A stretch of 64,000 bases of DNA, from positions 48,546,001-48,610,000 of the forward strand of contig OZ024747.1 of assembly GCA_964016885.1 (NCBI GenBank), in the 5' to 3' direction. Within the stretch, counting starts at the first letter, position 1, and every line of letters starts with the position of its first letter. The notes beneath the pieces are model-generated. The model had not been told where the DNA came from. It did no database searches and was given only the letters and a program-made list of their open reading frames with translations. This document shows, piece after piece, positions 28,431 to 43,959 of this stretch. Made by a program: the position numbers and the translations under genes. Origin of the DNA: Eledone cirrhosa. Taxonomy: Eukaryota.

Positions 28431-29441
28431 AGTGTATTGCAAAATACATTATATATACATCCATATATATATTGCTATTTCAGAGCTCCAATTCTAATTT
28501 TTAATTTCTGCCTGACAAACAACCGCTCTGCATAATCAGCTCCTGATTATTTACTAGATTTCTATAAGAATATAACATCAATGATCTCAGTAAACAGGTG
28601 GGGTAGTTGGTCTTGATAAGCTTCAACCAAAGCGAAACAAGTCTTGTCGGCTTATCTCCCCTGTTTGCTGAGATCAAAGTGAGTGAATTTGTCACTACTT
28701 TAAAACAATAGCTTACGGTCTTCAAAATGCTTTTAATTAAGAATAAAGTGTATTGCAAAATACATTATATATACATCCATATATATATTGCTATTTCAGA
28801 GCTCCAATTCTAATTTTTAATTTCTGCCTGACCAACAACCGCTCTGCATAATCAGCTCCTGATTATTTACTAGATTTCTATAAGATTATAACATCAATGA
28901 TCTCAGTAAACAGGTGGGGTAGTTGGCCTTGATAAGCTTCAACCAAAGCGAAACAAGTCTTGTCGGCTTATCTCCCCTGTTTGCTGAGATCAAAGTGAGT
29001 GAATTTGTCACTACTTTAAAACAATAGCTTACGGTCTTCAAAATGCTTTTAATTAAGCATAAAGTGTATTGCAAAATACATTATATATACATCCATATAT
29101 ATATATTGCTATTTCAGAGCTCCAATTCTAATTTTTAATTTCTGCCTGACCAACAACCGCTCTGCATAATCAGCTCCTGATTATTTACTAGACTTCTATA
29201 AGAATATAACATCAATGATCTCAGTAAACAGGTGGGGTAGTTGGCCTTGATAAGCTTCAACCAAAGCGAAACAAGTCTTGTCGGCTTATCTCCCCTGTTT
29301 GCTGAGATCAAAGTGAGTGAATTTGTCACTACTTTAAAACAATAGCTTACGGTCTTCAAAATGCTTTTAATTAAGCATAAAGTGTATTGCAAAATACATT
29401 ATATATACATCCATATATATATTGCTATTTCAGAGCTCCAA

Positions 29442-29448
<7 letters not shown>
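28431..29448 (+). mobile_element. Tandem array of 316-318-bp monomers each with a type I hammerhead: candidate non-LTR retrozyme (3 monomers + 68 bp)
   Basis: Unit starts at 28431, 28747, 29063, 29381; HHR folds at 28583-28675, 28899-28991, 29217-29309; (TA)n on both flanks. Confidence 0.85.
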
Positions 29449-29498
<50 letters not shown>

Positions 29499-29548
29499 TA
29501 AGATTAAAGAAACAAAGAGTCAGTATTGCATCATAACATATTTAATAA

Positions 29549-29638
29549 CATATTACATATGTTTCACTGTCGATCAACTCGAGGAGCGATCTATTATTGA
29601 TCGAACCTGACTCTGGAATCGAAAGATTTTCAAATATT
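29549..29638 (-). ncRNA. Type I hammerhead with long branched helix II (family F); duplicate at 32449-32538
   Basis: ATAT-TTGAAAA-TCTTTCGAT...ATCGACAGT-GAAA-CATATG-TA-ATAT. Confidence 0.7.
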
Positions 29639-30056
29639 CCCCGGTATATAAGCTCGTCTCCGATTGTGTGAAAATGTCATCAGTAGCTTGTTATATTCAG
29701 TACATTCTAACAACGTGGTATTTTGCATCCGTTCATTGGTTCGTTATTCTTCCCACCATCAGTCTATCCCTCATCCGGTCAAGTTGTCACGTACATTCTT
29801 GCATGAAACACTGTCTACCTCTCTTCCACTGCCACACTTACTTGAAGCGTTCGTTAGGCTATAAGTTATACTTAGGATTGGTTGTTGATAACAGGTAGTG
29901 GGAGGGGGGCGGCTACATTTTAGACATGAGAGACAAGACAAATCCAGACTTACACACACATATCTCTGGCATGCATGTACTCATATACAGATCTCTACAT
30001 ATACTCATATACACACATAGACATACACATATATACATATACACATACATATACAT

Positions 30057-30103
<47 letters not shown>

Positions 30104-30214
30104 TACATACATATATACACATACGTACATATATACACACCCACACACCACATACACATAAACACATATATTTACACACACATTCACACACACACGCGTA
30201 TATATATATATATA

Positions 30215-30715
<501 letters not shown>

Positions 30716-31441
30716 TGTATTTAAAAGGTAAACAGAAATAACAACACAATCGGTACAGTATATGGAAGGAATATATTAGGTTAACGTTTGAAATAGCAGA
30801 AAGAAGGTCTTAAAGTTTCGGCACTAGTCCTTCATCAGAAGAAAGAATGAGAAATTAGATAGATTGAAGGGAAGACGAGGTGATGTAGTTAATGAATCAA
30901 TTAGTTTACGATCGTTTCAGAAAGTGTAGACCAATTGAAAAACCAAATCCATTCTGACGTATACTTCACAAAATCAATTTGCTTCGATGGGATATTTACA
31001 TCAACACTATATCGAGTTTTAAACTGTTCATAAATCCTACCATGATTAAGTAGAACACCAGTGTATATATATATATACACAAAACAACGAACAGCGGAGA
31101 AACACGTTTCGCACCTTTCCGACAGACAACCCCCCCACCCCCCACGGAAAAACCCCAGTTGATGGATGTGAATCCGAAATATATAGGGACAATTAAATCT
31201 CTCCCAAGGTAACTCTATCTCGTTGTTATTTTTTTTTATCCTTTACGCTCTTTCCTACATTCTTCTACACGCTACAGTCTTCTACACGCCACGCATCTCA
31301 ACGTACACCCACTTACATCTCTCTCTCCACCACCGGATCTTGTTACCCGGAGATTTACCCATCTGCATTGTCGAGGCTTCCAAACGACTTAAAGAAATTT
31401 ACCTTATTATTCCACAATGCTTCAAGCAAACTTCTATACTC

Positions 31442-32398
<957 letters not shown>

Positions 32399-33083
32399 TA
32401 AGATTAAAGAAACAAAGAGTCAGTATTGCATCATAACATATTTAATAACATATTACATATGTTTCACTGTCGATCAACTCGAGGAGCGATCTATTATTGA
32501 TCGAACCTGACTCTGGAATCGAAAGATTTTCAAATATTCCCCGGTATATAAGCTCGTCTCCGATTGTGTGAAAATGTCATCAGTAGCTTGTTATATTCAG
32601 TACATTCTAACAACGTGGTATTTTGCATCCGTTCATTGGTTCGTTATTCTTCCCACCATCAGTCTATCCCTCATCCGGTCAAGTTGTCACGTACATTCTT
32701 GCATGAAACACTGTCTACCTCTCTTCCACTGCCACACTTACTTGAAGCGTTCGTTAGGCTATAAGTTATACTTAGGATTGGTTGTTGATAACAGGTAGTG
32801 GGAGGGGGGCGGCTACATTTTAGACATGAGAGACAAGACAAATCCAGACTTACACACACATATCTCTGGCATGCATGTACTCATATACAGATCTCTACAT
32901 ATACTCATATACACACATAGACATACACATATACACATATACATACACATACATACACACATATATATATATATATACACATATACACATACATACATAT
33001 ATACACATACGTACATATATACACACCCACACACCACATACACATAAACACATATATTCACACACACATTCACACACACACGC

Positions 33084-33201
<118 letters not shown>

Positions 33202-33273
33202 CAGAGTATAAAAGTTTTAATATAGATGAGATTCTACAGGACTAGAACTGTTTCATTCATTAGAAATCATCAG

Positions 33274-33339
<66 letters not shown>

Positions 33340-36300
33340 ACACACACACATGTGCACCTGCATACATGCATACCTACACACCTCAGACACATAGATATAA
33401 ATATACATACATTAATACACATACATGCATATATATATACTCACACACGTGTATGTATATACCTACACATACATACAAATATATACACAAACATAAAAAA
33501 ACATACAATATAGTTATATATGTCCCTATAAAATTAAAGATAAATTCACGTTGTACCTGTATACTCAGCTGAAAATGAGTACCAGCAATAGCTGAGGGTT
33601 TAATCTTGCGATGGACTGGGATAAGCAGCGGCCCAACGAGCCTCCTGGCTTACAGACTTTAGAGAGACCTCATCAGCATAGTATATTCTAACCAAGCCTG
33701 CAGATTAATTGATTAGATTTTAAATATAAAATAAGAGTTACAACGATTTCCTTTGTCTTCATTAAATTACATCAGGAAGGAACTTTAAACTTTTGACTCT
33801 CTACGTTGACCACAGACGTGAGTTTATATTAACCACAGAAATAGTGTGTCGTCGTTGAGTCATTAAATGGAAACTAAGAATGGATTAAAATATCAGATTG
33901 CTGTCACCTGACTACTGAAATCGTATATTAACCACAGAAGTGGTTTTATATTAACCATAGAATTGTTTACGATATGAAAGTTGCTATTATTCAATAGGAA
34001 AAAATGGATAGCTAAACATATAATAGCCAGCCAACGAATGTGTCAGTTGATTCTGTAGACTTTATCAATGTCAACTCAGTTACACCCACAGCGAAGCTAT
34101 CAACCACAATCACGCAATCGGTTACAGTGAGATTATATACCACAATGGCATTTCAGCCGTCATATGACAGGAATATGGTATTTTGATCCATTCTTGAAAC
34201 CTTCCTAGTTTCCATTGGATAACTCAGTTAGACACACCACACCACGCCACGCCACTCAATGCAACATCATGCCACGCTGCGTCACACCACGCGAATATAT
34301 TAAACCATACAGCCTTCATAGTACTCCATTCAACTAACCACTTTATTTCTGATTACTTAAACACAAATACTAAGCGTAATGATTCACTGATATTTGTTAA
34401 GAAACAGTTGACACCCATTCTATCAGGTTACGTCAATTGAATGGAAAAGCGAAGAGATGTACCATCCCACAGTGTATCATTAATACCTAACCCTGGAACA
34501 CAAATAAATAAGTGCAACCTTATCTTCTAGTTAACAACTAGCATATAAGACAAATATAATCACTGTAGTAACATTCATAGAATCGCCAATGTTGAATTTT
34601 CACAAAAGAAATCAGCAACCATGAATAGGTTTTGTTTAATTGCTCAGTATTACAGATATTTATAGGCGTACTTACACATGACGAAATAGTTTATATTAAC
34701 CTTAACTGCGCGGTAAAACAACGCCAAAGAACAATAAAATAGGTTTTTTCATCTGCTTATCCACAAGTTCACAGTGGTTTGAAAACGAAATGTGAGGCTT
34801 GTAGATGAACAGGTAACAGTTAAAGAAAGTATATAAACAAACATGTTCTGGCAAGAAAATAAAAAGGAAGGACTGTTAAATAGTGATGTAGTCGTAGCCC
34901 ATCCTTTGCCAGGTGAGAACACACCTAATTTCTTCTGGAGAAGTAGAGGCAGCGAGAGAAAGACATGGGAAGGATTGACACCAGTACTGGACTGGTATTT
35001 TATTGACTTCAAAAGGGTAAAAACCTCAGTGGGACTTGAACTCAGACTGCAGACAGTCGGAATATATACAGAGATATTTAATCTGACAATCCTAACGACT
35101 GCTAACTCGCCACTTTTATGGTGGAGTAACCAAGTATAATGAATCGCCTCTTTGTGAACGGTGGAGTGTTTAATAGTAGAGTGAAGCCACGACTTCTTAT
35201 AGAACAATTTGAAATCTGAAACTCGGCTAATATCCTTTTCCCACCCCTCTCTGTGTGTATATCTAGGACTATATTATATATATCCACCTTTTTGTATATA
35301 TATAGGACATTATCAAATGTGTTTTTCCATTTTTAAGGCAGCAGGTATGTTATATGAGGGAATTTGGCTGTTATATCTGGTATGTCAAGCGATCGTGTCT
35401 TTATCATTGACTTGTTTTCAGAGGTCTTGTAGGCGGACCATTTGGGAGATTTGTTTATGTGTCGGATATGAAAGATCGTGACTTAGAGACTAGTTTTCTC
35501 GCTGACTCTCTGTTTCTCTCACTGTCTTTGTCCCTGTCTCTTTCACTCCATTTGTCTCTCCCTGCCAGTGTATTTCTTCCTATTTCTCTCTGTCTGTCCC
35601 TCTCTGTCTCTCCCTCTCTGCCTCTCTGTATCTCCCTCTCCCCCCTCTCAACTCACACTAAGGCTGCAAATATATGTAGAGTTGGGTGTTTCTGAAAGCA
35701 AAGTGACGTCATGTTACTTAAGCTCACTGTGATATTGTCAGCATGCAGATAATCCTACTCATTCTGAATCATGCTAACCCGTATCGAGTTAGGCGACAAA
35801 AAAAGCCGAGATCTCGAGATAAATGCGATATATCCGGTACCAGATGACAAGTTGTGTCCAGAGATCTCAGAATTAGACAAAAAGGTGCCATATTGCATTT
35901 GGACGTTTATGTTCCAACGGGACACGATGATCAAAGTTTCTCAGGAATCTAGAAACATGGCTGAGGTTATTCTGATCATTAATGCAAGTGGATTGATGAT
36001 TATTCTAAACATAGTCTTGAGTTCGATCCCACCAAAACCTAGTGAGATAAATTTGGTAGACGGAAGCTGTTTGCAGATCAGTCGGCTGGATTGTATCTGT
36101 AATTCAAATTGACTTTACCTGTAATTAAAATGAACTTTACCTGTAATTCAAATGGTCAGCATTGTCATACATTGTTTTGTGCTGAATCTCCCTGAGAATT
36201 TAGGTTAATGGTAGGAAGTTCATTCCAGTTTTAGCGGAATTACTGTGTGTTACATGTGTGTTACATGTAAAATGATATAGGAGAAAGCGGTAAGTCGGCC

Positions 36301-36497
36301 ATGTTCGAATAAAGTTCGTAATGTATAGAATCATGTTAGAGCAATTCACTCCTCATAGAACTGCTCAGTAGCAGGTATTTTAGAGGCGGTAATCTACATT
36401 TGAAACCATTTCATTTCGTTGTCTGAGAGTTGTAACAAACCGTCGAAGTAGGATGTAAAATTCATTGTTTCCAGGTCGTTTCCCCCAAACAAATAGT

Positions 36498-36677
36498 TGT
36501 TTCTACTTTTTGGCACAAGGCCAGCAATTACCCAGTACATTACTGGTACTTTATTTTATCGACCCCGTAAGGATGAAAGGCAAAGTTAACCTCGACGGGA
36601 ATTGAACTCAGACCGTAAAGGGACGTAACTATGCTGGAAAGCATGGCGTCCGACCCTCTACCGATATTACCAATTCA
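36498..36677 (-). mobile_element. Full-length tRNA-derived SINE with 16-bp target-site duplication
   Basis: CCCCCAAACAAATAGT at 36482-36497 and 36678-36693. Confidence 0.9.
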
Positions 36678-37102
36678 CCCCCAAACAAATAGTGCAGAAA
36701 CATCAGGCGGAAGATCATTCAACTCATACCTAAGACCATATGACAGCTTTGTTGCCACATGACAACTCCAGTGTCGCTCTGGGCTGATGGAATGTAGTCG
36801 ACCAAGTGGAGTGTGAGTATTAATGGGCTAAAATTCCTTGACTTAGTAGTAGCTACCACATCTAAATTCAGTCATCCATGTTTTGTTAGTCAACGGTCCT
36901 TTCAGTCTCCGTATTTTTACACCACAAACACGAACTATCAAAAACGCCCACGGAGGAAACAACAAAGAAGTATTTTTTTTGCTAGGTCTGGAGTAAGCGG
37001 CTGTGACCATCGCCCTTTGCAGGCGCTTCATGACTGATGGGATTGATGCTGTTGTTGTTTAGTTTAGATTGTTGCAGGGTCGCCTCCTGCATGGAAGAGA
37101 TG

Positions 37103-37169
<67 letters not shown>

Positions 37170-37442
37170 TGTGTGTGTGTGTGTGAGAGAGAGAGAAAGA
37201 GAAAGAGATAGAGAGAGTACCAGAAAGATAAGGTTCTAGGGAGTAAAGACTGCTAGGCGCTAGATCCTCTGCGGAAGGTTCCTACAATTTACAACGAAAA
37301 GTGTCTCCCTAATATTTTCTACAGGTTTCTCATTCAATTTCAGGAGTGTTATTACTGCTCCATTCATCCACGTTATATTTTTGTTGGATTATTTTTCAAA
37401 TACAACAATCAACAGAATGTTATGAAGATGGGAAGTTGATAT

Positions 37443-37488
<46 letters not shown>

Positions 37489-37659
37489 CAGCAGCAGCAG
37501 AAGCAAGAGCAGCAGCAGTAGTAGTACAGCAGTAGTAGTAGTTGTTTTTGTCTTTGATAGCAAACCTGTCAGTCATCACTTTTATTCGTGGCTTTTGGTT
37601 TGCCATTAATAATGCATAAATAATTAGGTACAATGCAACACATGGGAGTTGGTAGTGGG

Positions 37660-38572
37660 GTGGAAGGTTATTTGACTGGGTATTTTATTCTATTGACAAA
37701 CAGCCGCCGGTAGCATGAAAGGAAAGTTGACATTGGCAGGATTTGAACACAAAAGTGCTTAAAAAGACGTAATGGGATACATAAAAGTAATTTTGTCAGA
37801 GTTTTAATAATAGTTTCTAATTTTGGCACAATGTCAGCAATTTTATGGGAATGTGAAAATATATTATATCAACTCCATTACTTTACTGGTACTTTATTTT
37901 AATGACACTTAAAGGATGAAAGGCAAAGTTGATCACTGCGAGATTTGAGCTCAGATCGTAAAGTGCCGGAACAATTCGGCCAATCCGCCACCCTATGATT
38001 TTTACTTTAGGAACAAGGCCAGCAATTTTAGGGGAATTTGAAAGTCGCTCAAATCGTCTTCGGTACATGACTGGTGCTTTATTTTATCGAACCGGAAAAG
38101 ACGAAAGGCAAAGTTGACTTCGGACAGATTTGAGCTGAGATCGTAAAGCGCTTGAACAAATACCGCTAAGCCTTTGTCTGCTGCTCAAACTATTCAACCA
38201 ATCCACCGTAGGTCAGCATTGTTTTTTTTTGCGGGTGAGGTTGAGATCCATCATATTGATCCGAGTAGCTGGTTGATACTTTATTTTATCGATCCTGGAA
38301 GAATGGTAGGCAAAGTTAACCTCGGCAGAATCGGAATGCCAGAAACATTTTATCCCAAGCTCTAACAATTCTACTAATCAGTATTAATAATAATTGTTTC
38401 TACTTTTGGCACAAGGCCAGCAACTATCCCAGTACATTACTGGTACTTTATTCTATCGATCCCGTAAGGATGAAAGGCAAAGTTAACCTCAGCGGGATTT
38501 GAACTCAGAAGTAAAGGGCCATAACCCTATGCTGAAAAGCATGGTGTTTGACCCTCTGCCGATACTGCCAAA
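37660..38572 (-). mobile_element. Cluster of about five old and young SINE copies
   Basis: Repeated TACTTTATTTTATCGA..GGATGAAAGGCAAAGTT..CTCGGC..ATTTGAACTCAG motif. Confidence 0.8.
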
Positions 38573-38574
38573 AT

Positions 38575-39115
38575 AACATTTCTGCACTGCACCCACTCCC
38601 AGATTAAGGTCTAGATTTCCAAGGTTTTTTTTATTTTTCAAAATCTTTGTTACAGTTCCCAAGACTCCGATGACAATTGACAGGTTCATGACCTTGTCAA
38701 CTTCTTTATTTCAACACTTGAGAAATTCATATTTCAAGTCGGTATAATGTTTGAATCAGCAAGAATTATCCATTTAGTCCTCGACACAAAGGAAAGGCAG
38801 ATAGGAATACTATGGAAGGACCCCAAAAGGAGAAAGAACAAGAACGTTTCTCATGTCATAGATCATGGGCTGCAGCCCGATAAGAAGTGTACATATACTG
38901 ACAACAGAGTGAGTGAGAAAATAACAAAGAAAGATCGAGAAATATAAAGGTCTGAAAAGAGAAATGGCAAGAGTGTGGAGAATGAAAACAAATCTTTTAT
39001 GAGCAGGCTGTGTACAATCATGAAGAATTACCACAGAAAGCCACACTAATACTATTTGGAACTCCTAATGATCACGAGAGGATCCTTAGTTGTTGTTTAT
39101 GACTCGCCCCTAGGG
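38575..39115. mobile_element. R4/Dong-like LINE 3' fragments, partly inverted
   Basis: Minus: SIVIGVLGTVTK...GAVQK; plus: FESARIIHLVLDT and KREMARVWRMK. Confidence 0.55.
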
Positions 39116-39149
39116 TTGTAAAAACGACATACGATGATCTGTTAGTCAT

Positions 39150-39330
39150 TTCTTCTTTTAGCCTTTTACTAGTTTAAGTCATTAGACTGCGGCCGTGCTG
39201 GAGTCTTGATATGAAGGAATTTAGTCGATTATACCGACATGAATATTTATTTTTTTCATGTCTGGTACTTATGTTATCGTCCTCTTTTTGTCAAACCGCT
39301 ACGTTACGGGACATAAATACGCAAGTGAAC
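39150..39330 (-). mobile_element. Degenerate SINE of a second family (octopod-like); 3' tail fragment also at 23648-23699 (+)
   Basis: AGTCATTAGACTGCGGCCGTGCTGGAG...TGGTACTTAT..TATCG..CTCTTTT..CCGCTACGTTACGGG. Confidence 0.65.
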
Positions 39331-39351
39331 AAAGACATACACACGCTGATA

Positions 39352-39395
<44 letters not shown>

Positions 39396-39405
39396 CTCTC
39401 TCTTT

Positions 39406-39513
<108 letters not shown>

Positions 39514-40000
39514 GTATATATATATATCCAAAATTAAATTAAGGGTGTCATGTCTGAGACACATGCGCCATATCCACTGCAGATTATACTCAAAGATTCC
39601 AATGAACTCGGCTGCTATTTCTAGCGGTCGATAATCCTATTCACGCCACTGGGATGACGCTGGTACGATGTGTGTATTTTTTTTAAAATGCAACACGTGC
39701 TACGAGTCATTCACAGATTTGCATTTGCTGTGTAAACAAAGATAGTTAAATCTTCTCCTTTGTTGAAAATCCAGGATTTGACTACTGTGATTTACCGATT
39801 GATGGTGAAATATATTTCTTTATTTAATGAGATATATACAAAGGAGATAAATCATTTTAAAAGGTATTTATATTTGAAGTTCTAGTTAAACTTTAATTAG
39901 TTACCTACCTAGCTGTGTGTGCTTACACACTTTACAAATTATTCCCAGTGATTGTTTCATATGTTTATTTTTTATATATATATGTCAATCAATTTCTATT

Positions 40001-40059
<59 letters not shown>

Positions 40060-40061
<2 letters not shown>

Positions 40062-40808
40062 AAGCACTCCAGCCAGTATCTCAAAGAACTCCGTCACCCC
40101 ATCAGGTGTAATGACTTGGGCTTTGGTGTTGGTGAAGAGCAGTGATATCAGGTCCACTATCTTCTTGGGGATTTCATAAGCCAGTAAGATCTTCATCAGG
40201 CAGTGACGGTCTACAGAATCAAAGGCCTTTCTAAAGTCAATGAAAACCATTACAGCAGAAGATACATTGGTCTGTTCATCATCGGTATGCGCCTTGCACT
40301 GGAGAAACACCAGGATTCTGGCTTTAATGTAACACTGGCTCAGAGCAGGAGAGTTAAGGCTAAAAATAAATCAGATGCTAAATTTGCTGACGACATAGTT
40401 CTGGTGACAAATACAGTGAAGGAGGCAGAGGAGTTGATGCAGGAGTTGGAGACTGTGTCGATGTGTGTGGGGCTGAGAATGAATGAGATTAAGACAAAGT
40501 ATCTGATAGGGAATATTAAGAAGCCAGAGAAGATTATGAACGTAAGCGGGAAGTCGCTAGAATTGATTGAGGACTTCCTGTATCTGGGAGCAAAAATCGG
40601 AAACAGAGGATGATGTGGTTGAGAGGAAGAGCAAAGCCTGGGCGGCGTGCTACAGTTTGAGATCGGTGTGGAAGTCGGACCTTCGTAAAGACCTGAAGAT
40701 CCGTCTCTTCGTTGCTACAGTGGAGTCTGTGCTGTTGTACGGGTCTGAGACTTGGACAGTGACCAAGAAACTCACTCAGATGGTGGATGGGTGCTACACA
40801 AGAATTTT
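40060..40808. mobile_element. RTE-group LINE RT fragment with a 5' inversion
   Basis: Minus 40063-40255 FIDFRKAFDSVDR...ILAGVL; plus 40265-40808 LFII...FADDIVL...FLYLG...LLYGSETWT. Confidence 0.85.
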
Positions 40809-40969
40809 ACCCGCCGTCGATATATATAAAATAAATTCCTACTTACATTCAAACACTCATACGATGTACGACGCAATTCCACACAATCGCCGTCTATCAA
40901 ATTCCACCTGCAAGGCACAACTCAACCCTAGGCTATAATAGAAGATCCTTACCTAAGGTATGGATCTTC

Positions 40970-41976
40970 TATTGTTTCTACTTTAGACACAAGGGCAGCA
41001 ATTTGAAGGATGGGGTGGGGGAGTCGAATGAATCAACCCCAGTACGTTACTGGTACATTATTTTATCGATGAAGGGCGGTGGATTGGCAGTATCGGTAGA
41101 GGGTCGGACGCCATGCTTTCCAGCATAGTTACGTCCGTTTACGATCTGAGTTCAAATCCCGCCGAGGTTGACTTTGCCTTTCATCCTTACGGGGTCGATA
41201 AAATAAAGTACCAGTAATGCACTGGGTAATTGCTGGCCTTGTGCCTAAAGTAGAAACAATTATTTTATCGACCCCGGAAGGATGAAAGGCAATGATAACC
41301 TCGGCGGGATTTGAACTCAGAATGTAAAGGGCCGTAACTATATGCCGCAAAGTATAATGTCCGATGCTCTACCGTTTCTGGCAATCCACGCCGTCCTAAT
41401 AATAATATCGATAATAATTATAAGCAGTAATTGGTAAGAATGCCAATGTAAAACATTAAACTGTGTCATTCGTACCAGTAGTAAGACATACAACTGATTC
41501 TGTCATTGGTGCCAACAGTTTTTTTTTGTGCTGAGGGCGGTGGATTGGCAGAATCGTTAGAGCGTCTAAGAAATAGTTAGCAGTGTGTATATGTGCAGTG
41601 AGGTGTGGTGGTGTTTTTGTTTTATATTATCTAATGGGAGTGTTGAACTTTAATATCCTCTGTATATTTCTACATTAATGAGAGATTTACATTGTTAATG
41701 TCACTCTAATATTTGTTTCTACTTTAGGCACAAGGCCAGCAATTACCCAGTGCATTACTGGTACTTTATTTTATCGACCCCGTAAGGATGAAAGGCAAAG
41801 TCAACCTCGGCGGGATTTGTCTAGATAAGAAACAATTATATATATATGCTCTTTGCCGTCTGAGTTCAAATCTCGCCGAGGTTAACCTTGCCTTTCATCC
41901 TTACGGGGTCGATAAAATAAAATACCAGTAATTCACTGGTATAATTGCTGGCCTTGTGGCAAAAGTAGAAACAATT
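40970..41976. mobile_element. SINE cluster in both orientations (intact plus copy ~41075-41260)
   Basis: Same SINE consensus as 21672. Confidence 0.85.
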
Positions 41977-42656
41977 ATATATATTTGTTTCGTGCCATGT
42001 GTGGTCCAAAGAATTAGAGTTGTTATTCAGAGAAGAGATTCCAGTCTAGACAACTTCTGGAAGTGGTTCTTTTAATTCTTTAACACTTCTTAACATATTG
42101 ATTCAGCATGACTCTTGGGAGCGATCTGGCAGCTTCAGTGAGAAGGAGAGCGATGGAGAGTTATTTTTGTTCCATTGCAGGACTATACCATTACATAGCT
42201 AGCTATAGCAATATATGGCTATACCACTGTGCCATTATTGGATTTCATGAGTACTGCGTTGGTTTGGAGGGGGAAATAATGAGGAGAGAGAGAAAATGAG
42301 AGAAAGAGGGGGGATAGATAGAGAAAATGAGCGATAGAGAGAAAGAAAGCATGAAAGAGAAGGAGAGAGAAAGAGGGGTAGATAGAGAAAATGAGAGAGA
42401 GGAGTATAGTCAGAGAAAATGAGTGAGAGAGGGAAAGAAAGCACGAGAGAGAAAGAGAGAGAAAGAGAGAAAGAGAGAAAGAGGGAAAGAAAGCAAGAGA
42501 GAGAAAGAATGAAAGAGAGAAAGATAGAGAAAGAGAGAAAGAGAGAAGGAGAGAGACAGGCAGGGAGAGAGAGAGAAAGGTAGTATATGTATTTATAAAT
42601 GTGAGTGCTTGAATGTGTTTGTATATGTGTGTGTGTGAGAGAGTATCTGTGTACGT

Positions 42657-42704
<48 letters not shown>

Positions 42705-42810
42705 AACAAGGGGAGAAGAATACTGCATGGTTGCACATGGATTACATATTATAAAATTAGTACCTCATCAGTGATTTGCCAACCATCATTGGTATTTCAT
42801 CGCATTATAT

Positions 42811-43100
42811 ATGGGCCTGCTCTGAGTATATATCTGTAAATTAAAGGTGGAAAACTGGGAGAGGGCACTTGCCTTGGTGGCCAGGGTCATTGTGGCTTTT
42901 TACTGGGCTTTCTCCACAAATGTCCCTCCGAAGTCTCCCCCCTATTGGGGAATTTTTCATTGTTATTTTCATTGTTATTTTTGTTACATCCTCTGTTTTT
43001 GTTTTTTACACGCAGAAATGCCCATTTGTACCGTCCTGCATTGTCCTGCACTGTCCTTAATGTCTACTTTATGTAAACCCTTGTGGTTAATAAAGAAATC

Positions 43101-43103
<3 letters not shown>
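42811..43103 (+). mobile_element. 5'-truncated 3' end of the same Tx1-like family as 1-4310
   Basis: Diverged reverse complement of 1-285 (e.g. CCCCCTATTGGGGAATTTTTCATTGTT); AATAAA followed by (TA)n. Confidence 0.85.
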
Positions 43104-43153
<50 letters not shown>

Positions 43154-43340
43154 CGAAGGAAGTGCGGTAAGGAACCGGATGGACCATAACGCACCAAAGT
43201 ACTCAACACTTAGGGTAGTAGAGTTAGTAATAGGAAAAGGTATGACCCCGACGGCAGAGCTCAAGCCGTTTTGACGGCTATTTCAGTCCAGAAATAGCCG
43301 TCGAAACGGCTTGAGCTCTGCCGTCGAGGTCATACTTTTT

Positions 43341-43410
<70 letters not shown>

Positions 43411-43866
43411 ATCAATTATCTCTGTTTGTGTGTGCCTGTGTATGTGTATGTGAATAGATGCCTAAGTATCTATTTTAAATGCGTGGCTTAGTGGTTAGAT
43501 TGTGAGTTCACAATATATACATACATGATGGCTGCCCCCTCGTTATCGAGTGTGGCCATTGCACGATATAACATTATTAATAATTATTAATTAATTCTAT
43601 CGTGCAATGCCTGAGCGTGAAGATTTTTTTAAAGTGAGGAAAGACTGTACACCGAGCCAATCCCACTGTCTGAGCGACAGTAGCCATAAACAGAAAAGAA
43701 GAAATATATATACATACATACATGTATACATACGTACGTAAGTAGCTGCACACACTGCATACAGTTGTGATGCTAGTGAGGGTGATGATAGTGCAGGAGA
43801 ATGATGGTAGTGGTGGCGACGATAAATATGATAATGAGGATAATGATGATGATTATGGTGATAATA

Positions 43867-43932
43867 GGACCTGAGTTTGTCGACCCCCTCGTGGTAATCC
43901 CTTGAAACTGATCACTGATCAGGCGAACGACA
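43867..43932 (+). ncRNA. Degenerate HDV-like ribozyme at the LINE 5' end
   Basis: P2 TGTCG/CGACA, P3 ACC/GGT, L3 CCCTCGT, P4 CTGATC(ACT)GATCAG, J4/2 GCGAA; P1 5' strand and P1.1 GG are not intact. Confidence 0.6.
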
Positions 43933-43959
43933 TGAGACAGCAGCAACATTATACTTAAC

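Noticed and set aside
28501-28758. Repeated 85-aa minus-strand ORF in the 316-bp array
   Set aside because: TTG start, truncated to 62 aa in sibling monomers, no known motif; the plus-strand RNA fold explains the unit better
36475-36818. Possible exon (TTTCCAG ... GTGAGT) interrupted by a SINE
   Set aside because: After removing the SINE all three frames contain stops
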